A stretch of 64,000 nucleotides of DNA. Origin: Nitrosopumilus sp. (lineage in GTDB: Archaea > Thermoproteota > Nitrososphaeria > Nitrososphaerales > Nitrosopumilaceae). Below, in pieces: positions 19,637-29,392 of this stretch (its first letter is position 1; each line of letters begins with the position of its first letter). Position numbers and translations under genes: made by a program. The stretch spans positions 2,080,001 to 2,144,000 of the forward strand of contig OZ243974.1 of assembly GCA_965214775.1 (NCBI GenBank), written 5' to 3'. The notes under the pieces were generated by a model that saw only the letters and a program-made list of their open reading frames with translations, had not been told where the DNA came from and searched no databases.

Positions 19637-21168
19637 ACTTTATGCGTAATCGGCCCATCTGATCTAAAAATACGACACAATAGATCATTATTTGCACACC
19701 AACAACCCTAAAGATCTGTATGATTCCCTAACTGTATGGGCTCAAATGACAAGACTCTCCAAGCATTTCAAGCGTTACAAGCGCAACACGAGATGCTAGT
19801 CGAGCAACACGAGCAGGTATCCAAGCAAAACAAACAGATGTCCAAGCAAAACGAGCGTATGAGGAAGCAGCTTGCGTTTGAGGACTCGTTGTGGCAGTCC
19901 GAAGAAAACAAGACAAAAAGAGTCGTGCGCGGCGGGACGCCTCTGCGGATGCACGCAATCGAGGTTGCAGACAGCATAATCGGCGATCCGGTGCGCCTTC
20001 GCAACGTCACGGGATGCACAAAGGAGTCATTTGAGATCATACTGGAGCGCTTTACGGAAGAAGTCATGGACGACGAGGACAGACCCCTGTTCTGGGAGGA
20101 CGACGTAAGAGGCGGCGATGCCGGAAACCGGTGCAAGCTGTACATCAGGCACGCGCTGCTTGCAGTACTCATGAGCATAAGGACCAAGGCAACGCAGCAT
20201 CATCTGGCCGCAACGTTTGACGTCGACCAGTCCACAATGTCCAGGTACCTCCGGTACGGTGCCGTGTTACTGCGCCAGATCCTGCCTGCCTCCGAAAAGC
20301 TAACAAGCATCATCTGCAAGACCCCGGCAGGCAAGCTGGAGGAGGTGCTGATCCCAAAAAAGACGCTCCTGATTGACGGCACCCTGACTCCGGTAGACAG
20401 GCCCGGGGACAGGACCGCAAGAAAGACCAGATATTCGGGAAGAAAAAAGCGGCACATGTTCAACACGATAATTACCTCGAACCTGGACGGCCTCATACTG
20501 CACTGCGGCAAGACTGTGGACGGAAGCGTCAACGACAAGGGCGTGATGAACGCAGGGGGCGGCCCGGACTTTGGAAGGCACACCGGATCAATGAGGAATG
20601 CAAAAAACGCAGACGATCCGGAAGAGGCGTTTGTGATTTACAGCGACCTGGGATTTGAGGGCATTCAAAAGATGCTTCCGGGCGCCATACACAGGCAGCC
20701 CCCAAAGAAGCCCAGGGACGGGGATCTTACTGCAACGCAAAAGAGGCGCCGCAAGCAGATAAGCAGGGTTCGCGTCAGGGTGGAGCACCACATAGGGCGG
20801 CTCAAAAGATATGGCATTCTTACCATGCCGTTTGGCGGAACTGCCAAGGATCTCAATTATTTCATGCAGATAATCACGGGTCTTGAGAACCTCAAGACGA
20901 TGTTGAAAAGGAAAAAATACTATGGCCAGCTGCTGCAGCAGCTGCATCTGCTGCCAGACACATGACATACGGCGGTACGGACCGCCATTCTTTCTGACTT
21001 GTCAACGGGGCACATTGCCGTGCTGCATGGTTGCGCACGTTCTTTTGGCGCAACTGGCTTTTACGTGCGTCATGACACGAGATGCATGCGGTAATTTGAT
21101 CCGATCAGCGCATTTGCGTTTGGAAAAGCCTACGGAATTTTTAATCACGGTCGATTACGCATAAAGTC
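19636..21168 (+). mobile_element. IS5-family (ISL2/Harbinger-like) element
   Basis: TIRs GACTTTATGCGTAATCG / CGATTACGCATAAAGTC around the transposase. Confidence 0.9.
19736..20965 (+). CDS. DDE_Tnp_4-type transposase
   Basis: LIDGT...YSGRKKRH...GSVND...DLGFEG...RVRVEHHIGRLK motifs. Confidence 0.93.
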   Translation: MGSNDKTLQAFQALQAQHEMLVEQHEQVSKQNKQMSKQNERMRKQLAFEDSLWQSEENKTKRVVRGGTPLRMHAIEVADSIIGDPVRLRNVTGCTKESFEIILERFTEEVMDDEDRPLFWEDDVRGGDAGNRCKLYIRHALLAVLMSIRTKATQHHLAATFDVDQSTMSRYLRYGAVLLRQILPASEKLTSIICKTPAGKLEEVLIPKKTLLIDGTLTPVDRPGDRTARKTRYSGRKKRHMFNTIITSNLDGLILHCGKTVDGSVNDKGVMNAGGGPDFGRHTGSMRNAKNADDPEEAFVIYSDLGFEGIQKMLPGAIHRQPPKKPRDGDLTATQKRRRKQISRVRVRVEHHIGRLKRYGILTMPFGGTAKDLNYFMQIITGLENLKTMLKRKKYYGQLLQQLHLLPDT

Positions 21169-21329
21169 TTCTACCAAACTCTTGTTTTGCTCTTGCAGTG
21201 TTTGGACAAACTCGACATCTGAACCCATACCGTTAGAGAGCCATTACTGATCTTTATGGTTGTAGGTATGCAAACCATGATCTGTTGTGTTGTATTTTTA
21301 GATCAGATTTTCCAATTACGCATAAAGTC
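21169..21329 (-). mobile_element. Truncated left end of a related IS5-like element, inverted
   Basis: Reverse complement parallels 19636-19800 (GACTTTATGCGTAATTGGAAAATCTGATCTAAAAATAC...) and encodes MGSDVEFVQTLQEQNKSLV versus MGSNDKTLQAFQ. Confidence 0.85.
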
Positions 21330-22119
21330 TAGTCACACCTTGATGATCAAGACGTCTGGTTTCTTGAGGGAGACGACATCGTGTTTGCCAAGGACTGGCC
21401 GATAGGATACATAGGTGAGACCGTCTGGCTTTTGGAGGACCAGATAAGGAGATAGGAATCATGTACGGCGCACCTAGTAGTATTGTATCCCTTGGAATAC
21501 CACGTCCTGACCGCATCCTTACAGACACAAGAACGCGCAGCTGTGTTACAGCATCCGTCTTGGTTCTGATATGCATTACGGTGGTGGGGGCGGCAGGCCA
21601 TCCTGTCTACGCGCAGACTCAGACGCTGGATCTGGTGACTGCCATACTGGACGACGGCGTGGAGCAGCACAGCGTATATGCGAACTATGCGGCAAGGACG
21701 GCGTTTGCGACCGTAGCCGCACCGTCAGCATCCACCGAAACCATCAGGTTCTCGGCGCTGGATCAGGACATCGTTGTGATCCGCGAATACTCTACTCTGG
21801 AGGACGGCATACTTACATGGGTGGGCACCGACGGCTCGGGTGCCCCCACGATCCTCATAGTAGAAGAGGCCAAGGTGTTTGGCACGATAGAGACGCATGG
21901 CCAGACATACGCCGTTGTGCCGGTCTCCGCCACAGCAGTCCACGAGGTGCTCGAGCTGGATCCGTCAAGATTCCCGCCCATAGACAATGCGGTTGCTGAT
22001 ACTGCTGCCTCCAGATCGTCTGCGATGATGCCAAGCGTGAACCGCGACATGATGTCCCAGCTGGCATCGGCATACATGGGATGGACGGACTACCGCCGCG
22101 ATCCAAACACTGGCGATGA

Positions 22120-22212
22120 GTACGAGGTCACCTACCCCCATCAGCTAGGCACGGATTAGCGTGCATGATTGTAATTTTCGTGCCTAGATGGTAGGGGGAC
22201 GTGACCACATAC
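22120..22212. mobile_element. MITE family E (93 bp) with 8-bp target duplication GGCGATGA
   Basis: TIRs GTACGAGGTCAC / GTGACCACATAC; duplication at 22112-22119 and 22213-22220; copy at 36034-36126. Confidence 0.92.
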
Positions 22213-24306
22213 GGCGATGATGTGACCATCAGAATCCTAGTTGTAGGCACACCCAGTATTCGAGAAGAGAATGCAAACATATCGTCATTGGCAAGACACA
22301 TTGTGGCAGATGTCAATCGGACATACAGTGAAAACGACCTTCCCATAATGATCGAGCTGGCAGACAACAGTCTTGCGTCCTACACTGAGGCAGACTCCAT
22401 AGACGACGATCTTGAGAATCTGATAGGCGCCACCACGCCAAGTCTGAGAAGGGTGCATACCCTGGCAGAAACCCATGAGGCGGATCTGGTAATAATGCTG
22501 ATCAAGGACACGTTTCGTAATGACACCAGCAACGGTAACAGCTACCCAGATCCTATCAAACACAACATTGCAGCACAATGCGCCAAATCCGGCGAGTTAC
22601 TGGCAAAGGGGACTGGCCGCGCGTTTGCCGTGATGTCGCACCCGTGCGTGATGACCGACTATGCTGCAGTCGCCATAGGGACACTGCAGGGTGCGGCACT
22701 ACATGACATGTCCAACCCAGAATTCAGTTATGGCCGGGGTTATCGCGCCGCTGATTCAAGCCTTCCAAGTACCATTATGGTATCGGGGGATACAGATTGT
22801 GATTCTGACACGACTGACATACAACTATGCGATCGGGAACGAATCTGGTCTGACCCACACCGCTTTTTCTTTGGCACACTGGATCCTGCAGGCACGGTGG
22901 AAAACTGGAACGCCAGGGTGCTTTTTGCAACGGCCCCGCACATCGCCTCGCTGAGAGGGGAGGCCCAGACATATGACTCGGTCATGCCGACTGGAGCCAT
23001 AACGCTTCCGTCATCCATACCCACGAGGGGAACGCTGCCAATCAACGCCACCTTCAGCGAGGACATCCACGAATGGTTCCCGCCGATCATCACCGTTACC
23101 GATGGTGCCACGACGACTGCGGTGGTAATGACGAGGACATCCCCAACCACATACACGTACCCGCACCTGCTTGACGGCGAGCAGGGGAAGGTGCAGCTGC
23201 TGTTTTCAAACGCGCGAGATATATTTGGCAACCCCGTGGTCAAAACTCCCACATCAGGCGGCAGCTTTACTGCAAACGCGGCAGACGCGACGGTGCATCC
23301 CCCGCCCATATCCGGATCCGTCACGCGGGTAAGCGAGGACTTTGAGACCCGCCTGTCCCACTCCCTCTGGCGCCTGCTTGGCGACGGCACGTGGCTCAGG
23401 GTTGTCCCAACCGAGAAGATACCGGACGCAGACATGGCCACAAACCGTGTCCTAGCATCTGATGAATGCGACGACTCGTGCATACTTCTGCTCAATTCAC
23501 CGCTTAACACGGTAGAGCCCCTCACGATATCCTTTGACCGGTATGTGGGAGGGAAGATCGACAGGGACGAGGGGCTGCATGTAGAGTACACCACCGATCG
23601 TGAGACGTGGAACACGCTTGCCTCGTATACCGAAAACAACGGCCACGACACGGGCCGGTGGGAGCGCTCCACAATCAGTCTTACAATACCCGAGAACTGG
23701 GCAAAGCTCCGGTTCCACGCAATGTCCAGCACGCAAGACGAGCCCGTGGAAATCGACAACATCGTAATATCGCCTACCGAGGCGGCCGTGCCCGATATCA
23801 CGTTTAGCTCCTCGCTGAGCAGCGGACGTACCAACATAATCCTGACGCTCTCAAAGAGCACCTCCCACATGTTCTCTGCATCCGACTTTGAGATCAGCCA
23901 CGGGAGGGTATCGTCCATACAAAACATCCAGAACTCACCTGCACGCGTCCTCACACTAAACCAGACAATACCGTATGACACGCCGGTGACAGTCACATAC
24001 GTGGGAGACTCGCTGGATCCGGACATGGATGGTGCCATACTGCACTCTGGCACCTCGTCGGTGGCCGCACCCGTACCGGCCCCTGACATGCCCCCGACCA
24101 TCTCTGCCATACCGGACGTGGAGGTGGTGCAAGGGGAAACTGCCACGAGGCAGGTAACGGCATCGGATCCCGATGGGGATGACATCGTCCTGTCGGTATC
24201 GGAGGGTCCTGACTTTGTCACCATCGCAGATGGAGGCAGCGGTGGCAGCGGCACCATAACGATAAGCCCGACGTCATCCTCGCATGTGGGTGCCTACACG
24301 GTGACG

Positions 24307-25440
24307 TAGTATCCTCGGCTACCAATTGATCACAAAAAGGACAATTTTTTTCAACCAAAGGATCTAAGAGCTATTAGTCCCATATATACACATGAAAGGA
24401 AAGAAGGAATTACCGACGGGAACAGCGTTCCTGTACGGGATAGCAAGCAAGGACGATCTTTTTAGGATGCACAAGTCCGAGAAGGACGCCAAGGCGGCAA
24501 TCCGGCTCCTTGCATACCACATGAGAAAGTGCGGCGCGAGCATATATGATATTGCCGAGAAGCTGAGCAGGCCGTATGGAACCGTACGATACTGGCTGGT
24601 GCGTGCGCACAAGCATGGCCTGGAGGGCAGGTTTGACATAAAGCATGGCGCCCCGTGCAGGCTCGACAAGAAACAGCTTGAACGGCTGCGCGCAGACCTG
24701 ATCAAGGGCCCGGACAACTGCGGCTTTAAGGCCACAACATGGACAGGGCCGCTGGTCATTGCCCACGTCAAAAAGAAGTTCGGCATCACGTATGCAGAAA
24801 CGAGCATGTACGACCTGCTGCACAGAATCGGCTTCTCATGCAGAAAGCCCAGGCCAAAACACCCAAAATCAGCCTCAGAATCCGAGAAAAAGGAGTTCAA
24901 AAAAAAGCTAGGCAGAGCGCAAAGTACTATTCAAAAAAGGGGTACACGGTAATGATAGGCGACGAGTCCATGTTCATACTGGGATGGAACGTCAAGAACA
25001 GCTGGTACCCCGTAGGAGAGCCGGTCTATACGCCCGTCAGCCTGTCTAGGAAGCGGTTCTATGTCATAGGGGCCCTCTCAAGAAACAGGTTTGACTATCG
25101 CTTTTACGAAAAGGCCAACACGGGAACATTCTACAAGTTTCTCAGGACACTGCGCCGCAAGTACGGCAAGGTGTTGTTGTTTGTCGACAACGCATCGTAC
25201 CACAAGTCAGCAGAACTCAATAGAAAGATGGCCAAGTGGAACGGGGACGTGGTGCTAAAGTACCTGCCGCCGTACGCGCCGGAGCTTAACAACTCGGAGG
25301 GGCAGTGGCGCGGGTTCAAAAAGGCGACTTCAAACTGCCTTTACAAGACCGTCAAGGAGATGCAGAGATCACTGCGCAGTATGACGCGCAGGGGCGAGAT
25401 AAAGGTGGTAAAGATGAACAAATGGCTGACGTAGATACTA
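24307..25440 (+). mobile_element. IS630-family element A, copy 2 (1134 bp)
   Basis: Inverted near-identical copy of 16868-18002; CG on both flanks. Confidence 0.95.
24392..25434 (+). CDS. IS630 transposase split into two frames at an A8 run (24899-24906)
   Basis: Same protein as 16874-17917 but one A fewer; needs a -1 frameshift or slippage. Confidence 0.85.
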
Positions 25441-25799
25441 CGGTGATGCCGCCGTCCGCAAAGACGATAACTGGCGAGCACGCCACCTGGAGGATCACGG
25501 GCCCTGACAGGGTGTTTCCGGGGCAGACCTTCGAGTATACCGTAAACCTTGATGGCACAAGGCACCAGCACGACGCCCTTGCCGTATACAGCAGATCGCT
25601 TACCGTAGACGACTTTGGGGGATTCCCGGAGGGCTCCGGATGTAACACGACTGTATGCACTGATTTCCCGGGACAGCGGCGCCGCACGATGGAGCTTGAC
25701 AACCACGCAGGCTCGGCATACGACGTAAGGTACCACACGATCAACGCGCTCGGATACCAGTATACCATACTGTTGAGGACGGCCAACGATGCAGACGCG

Positions 25800-25960
25800 T
25801 AGTTAATTCATAAAAAAACGAACAATTTTGACAACTGCTTTTGATCCAAACATTAAGATCAGGCAAACCATCGCACATGCATGGGAAAACAGGCAGAATT
25901 TGTGGCATCAAGGGACAAATTCCTGGGCAAGCAAAGCACTCACGTCTTCGCAAGGCGTAC
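25800..25960 (+). mobile_element. Truncated left end of an IS630 B-like element
   Basis: TAGTTAATTCATAAAAAAACGAACAATTTTGACAAC...GATCCAAACATTAAGATCAGGCAA parallels the reverse complement of about 27070-27231. Confidence 0.85.
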
Positions 25961-25961
25961 T

Positions 25962-26094
25962 AGACCCGACAGTATGGAATACGACAGTTGTTGTTGCTGC
26001 AGTAGTTAATTCGTGCATGGGGGGTTTGACATACTGCCACACAAGACCCGACAGTATGGAATACGACAGTTGTTGTTGCTGCTGCTGCAGTAGT
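25962..26094 (+). repeat. Direct repeat of ~45-51 bp (25962-26006, 26044-26094)
   Basis: AGACCCGACAGTATGGAATACGACAGTTGTTGTTGCTGC(TGCTGC)AGTAGT twice, each ending at a TAGT element-type end. Confidence 0.9.
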
Positions 26095-27231
26095 CAGCCC
26101 ATCAAATATCGGAACATCTTTACCGGTAGGATCTCTCCACTGGCAAACATCTTCCGCACGGACTGCTCCATCTCATCAAGCGTATCAAACATCTTGGCAG
26201 ACAGCCTCCGCTTTATCTCCCTCCACTGTATCTCTACAGGATTGAGCTCCGGCGCGTACGGCGGCAGGTACTCCAGTATTATCTCGCCCTTGTACTTTTC
26301 CAGCATCTCCCTTACGCCGACAGACTTGTGGTATGACGCATTATCCAGGAATATCAACACCTTTCCGTACTTTTCGTGCACCTTTTCCAAAAAGTCGCAA
26401 AAGCTGTCGGTGTTGGTCTTGTCATAGAACATATAGTAGAATATGTTAACTGCCAGCACGCCGAACATGTACCGGCGCTGCCGTGACAGCGATACGGGCG
26501 CCGTGACGCTCATGCCGCGCCTGAGCCACCCGTGTTTGGGGCTGTTTGAGGTCTTTTGTATGGATGACTCGTCTTCTGCCAGTACCGTATACCCTTGCGC
26601 CTCCTTTTCCCGTATCAGCTCCTGGGATGCCTCCTTGAACTCGTTCTGCTTTTGTTTTGAGACGGCCTTTGGGTTCTTTGGCCTCGGCTTCCTCCATGAG
26701 AACCCAAGCTCGCGTGCCAGCAGCCGCGTGCCGCTCTTGCTGTATTCTATGCCGAACTTCTTTTTGATGTGCCGTCTCATCAGGCCCGAGTCCCACAGGC
26801 TGCTCTCAAAACCGCACTCCTCGGATCCTGACTTGAGATCCGCCGCAAGCTGTTTCAGCTGCGACTCACTCAGCTTGTGCTTGCGTCCCCTGCCTGGCCG
26901 CTCGTGCCTTGCACGTATTCCCTCGTCCTGTGCGCGGATGAGCCACTTGGATATGGTGGAATGTGCCCGGTCGAGGTTCTTTGCTATCTGTTCCACACCA
27001 AGGTCGTCCTTGCGCTGCATGTATGCAAGCAGCCTGTCGCGCTTTCTCTTGTCTGTCTCCTTTTTGTACGCCTCGTGCAGGTAGGAGCGTGACGTATTTG
27101 GCAGGAATTTGCTTCCTGATGCTACGAATTCCTTTCTCTGTCTGTCCATGCATATGCGTATTCCTTGCCTGATCTTAATGTTTGGATCAAAAATAGTTGT
27201 CAAAATTGTTCTTTTTTTTATATGTTGACTA
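26091..27231 (-). mobile_element. IS630-family element B
   Basis: Ends TAGTCAGCCCAT / ATATGTTGACTA enclosing an intact transposase. Confidence 0.92.
26094..27149 (-). CDS. IS630-family transposase (start MDRQRKEF)
   Basis: EDES...LDNASYH...LPPYAPELNPVE; the upstream extension in the ORF track lies outside the element. Confidence 0.93.
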   Translation of the reverse strand: MDRQRKEFVASGSKFLPNTSRSYLHEAYKKETDKRKRDRLLAYMQRKDDLGVEQIAKNLDRAHSTISKWLIRAQDEGIRARHERPGRGRKHKLSESQLKQLAADLKSGSEECGFESSLWDSGLMRRHIKKKFGIEYSKSGTRLLARELGFSWRKPRPKNPKAVSKQKQNEFKEASQELIREKEAQGYTVLAEDESSIQKTSNSPKHGWLRRGMSVTAPVSLSRQRRYMFGVLAVNIFYYMFYDKTNTDSFCDFLEKVHEKYGKVLIFLDNASYHKSVGVREMLEKYKGEIILEYLPPYAPELNPVEIQWREIKRRLSAKMFDTLDEMEQSVRKMFASGEILPVKMFRYLMG

Positions 27232-28025
27232 CGGGAGGCGCGTTCTGGGTCGGCCTGGTGGACGGGGACGGCGTCCCAAAGGGAGGCATACGTGTCACAA
27301 TTGCGGATCCTGTGACAGTCACGGCCCCCTACGAGGAGCTCGTGGCAGGCCTGTCCTTTGAGGGCGACCTCGCAGATGTGACGGGAGACAATAACGGTAC
27401 GGCGGCTGCAGGAGTGGACGTCACGTACGTGCCTGGCAGGATCGGCAGGGCGCTGCAGCTTGACAGCTCCACAAACGTCACCCTTGCTGGCGAGGCCGAC
27501 TTTGACTTTGGGCGGACAGACCCGTTCAGCATTGCGTTCTGGCTCAGGCAGGATGCGCCCGTCAATGCTAGTGCCATGCTTATGTCCAAGGCAGAGTCGT
27601 TCGGCCTTCCGGGCTCGTACGTGTGGATATGGGGAGGGGCGCCCAACAGGATCCTGCTCTCGATACACGACAACTCCACGTTCATAAACGTGCACACCCC
27701 CAACCACCTGAACATGTCAGACGGTGCATGGCACCATATCGCATTCACATACGACGGCTCTAGTGTAAAGGAGGGCCTGAACGCGTATATCGACGGCGAG
27801 CACCGGGACTATGACGGCTACCGTAGGGGCCTAGGACTGGAAGGCAACACAACAAACGACCATGCGTTTACGGTGAGGACATCCACCACGGGAGAGCGCG
27901 GCATGGCCGACTCGGTGCTTGACGAGCTTCGCGTGTATGGCGCCGAGCTGTCGGCTTGGCAGATGCGGCTGCTGCATGCTGCAGGCCTCGGCTAGTTTGT
28001 GTGATCACGGCAGGCAGAACCTTCG

Positions 28026-28164
28026 CAGAGTTGATTCAAAATTAGCAAATTCTGATTATCTGTGAACGAATTTGCATAAAGTATCTCAAAACACCAGCAG
28101 AATACAAACTATGTAAATTTCCTTAAAAAACTCGTACGACTTTTATTTTTGAATTATCTTTCTG
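28026..28164 (+). mobile_element. MITE-like family F copy at the right border of the island
   Basis: Aligns by eye with 14329-14468 (AAATTAGCAAA.TCTGATTAT.TG.GAACGAATTTGCATA...CTCAAAACACCAGCA.AATACAAACTAT). Confidence 0.7.
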
Positions 28165-28229
28165 GATGTACAAACTCCTGCGTGATTTTTTATAATTTTA
28201 GACGTAAACTCCTCCAATCTTCCAAAACT

Positions 28230-29279
28230 TTATTCCTCTGTGATGATGTTTTGGACGTTTTCATCTATGGCCACTTCTGCAATGTCGCTAGAATACTCTG
28301 CAATTCTTCTCAAATCCTCCAAAATGAATCTGATAATTGTCGCATTCTTTTCAGTTTCCCTAACCTTGCTCATGATCTGCTTCTCCTCGTCAATTACCCT
28401 GCCTACCTCTTGGGCTACGCGTTCGCCTTTCTCAAAATCATGTTCCTGCACTGCTGTAACCGACTTTTCAAACACGTCCAGGGATTTTTCGGATAACTTC
28501 TTTATCTTTGCAAAAATCTTTGAATCAATCCTGCCTTCGACAAACTTTGTTCTTTTTGCAATCAATCCTGCATGGTCTGCAATTCTTTCAATCCTGCTTA
28601 CAATTGCCCTATACCCCAAGCAATCTGAGGCCTTTCGCAGTCCCATGTCCTGCAGGATGCCTTGATTCCCTACTGCCAGAACCAAATTCCTTCTCATGTA
28701 TAGCCCAAATCTGTCCACTTCATCGTCCATGTTTACCACGTCATCTGCATGGGACGTGTCTGTTTCTTCGAGGGCCTCTATGGACTCTATTACCATGTTG
28801 TTTGCCATCAGATGCATTCTGTTTAGTGCCGTTTCAAATGATAATTCCGGCAGCCTTGCTAAAATTTGAATGGTCACTGATTCTGAACTAGATTCGACAA
28901 TTTCGGTGCCCATCATTGTGGAACGGACCACTTCTCTGATGCTGCGAGAATGGCCTACATGAATTCTCATTCCCCTGGTCTTGATTTTAATGGTTTTGTA
29001 ACCGGCCAAATACGCCGAGATGACTTTTCGCTTGATGCTCTCTGTGGAGTCTTTCTGGCTGGATAGAATTATTGCAGTCGTCTTTTCAGATTCCAAGGTT
29101 CCTTCCTTTGGAATTAACGTCAATGACTGGTTTGAATTTTTGACAATTGCTACATTGTCTCCTACCTTGATTTTCAGTTCCTCAACCCATCTCTTTGGGA
29201 GGGAGACGATGTATGTAGATCCTCCGCTTAGTTGCATTCGTCGCATCTGCCTTGAGCTCTCTATATCTTCCAATTGCAA
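28230..29279 (-). CDS. Phosphate uptake regulator: AbrB/MazE DNA-binding domain + PhoU domains
   Basis: RRMQLSGGSTYIVSLPKRW AbrB motif; DDEVDRF, IERIADH, LRRIAEY PhoU motifs. Confidence 0.93.
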   Translation of the reverse strand: MQLEDIESSRQMRRMQLSGGSTYIVSLPKRWVEELKIKVGDNVAIVKNSNQSLTLIPKEGTLESEKTTAIILSSQKDSTESIKRKVISAYLAGYKTIKIKTRGMRIHVGHSRSIREVVRSTMMGTEIVESSSESVTIQILARLPELSFETALNRMHLMANNMVIESIEALEETDTSHADDVVNMDDEVDRFGLYMRRNLVLAVGNQGILQDMGLRKASDCLGYRAIVSRIERIADHAGLIAKRTKFVEGRIDSKIFAKIKKLSEKSLDVFEKSVTAVQEHDFEKGERVAQEVGRVIDEEKQIMSKVRETEKNATIIRFILEDLRRIAEYSSDIAEVAIDENVQNIITEE

Positions 29280-29320
29280 TCTATTTGTAAAATTTTGTTA
29301 TTTACAATTTAGTTGAGGAT

Positions 29321-29328
29321 CTATATAG
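29321..29328. promoter_or_regulatory. CTATATAG palindrome between the divergent regulator and pstC
   Basis: Lies in the 113-bp divergent intergenic region. Confidence 0.55.
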
Positions 29329-29392
29329 GACTATGATCTTTTCATAAAATATGATCACATGCTACATTACCGTATTTTGACCCCGACAGACT

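Larger units (their letters stand above)
21461..27995 (+). pseudogene. Large surface protein gene (reprolysin-like domain lacking the Zn motif, Ig-like domains, LamG/ConA domain) broken by three insertions
   Basis: ORF pieces 21461-22119, 22221-24306, 25443-25799 and 27234-27995 join in frame (3864 nt) once the elements and duplications are removed. Confidence 0.88.

Noticed and set aside
22740-24257. 505-aa minus-strand ORF
   Set aside because: Antisense shadow of a GC-rich gene with no recognisable motifs
16862-25445. Palindromic TA target sites created by an inversion between the IS copies
   Set aside because: The host reading frame continues across copy 2 in the present orientation, so no inversion is needed
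25962-26094. Possible mini-CRISPR (two repeats, 37-bp spacer)
   Set aside because: Only two unequal copies containing a microsatellite; the spacer starts with an IS terminus; no cas genes in the window
27150-27707. 537-aa transposase with a long N-terminal extension
   Set aside because: The extension crosses the element end at 27231 and is antisense to the LamG fragment; the real start is 27149
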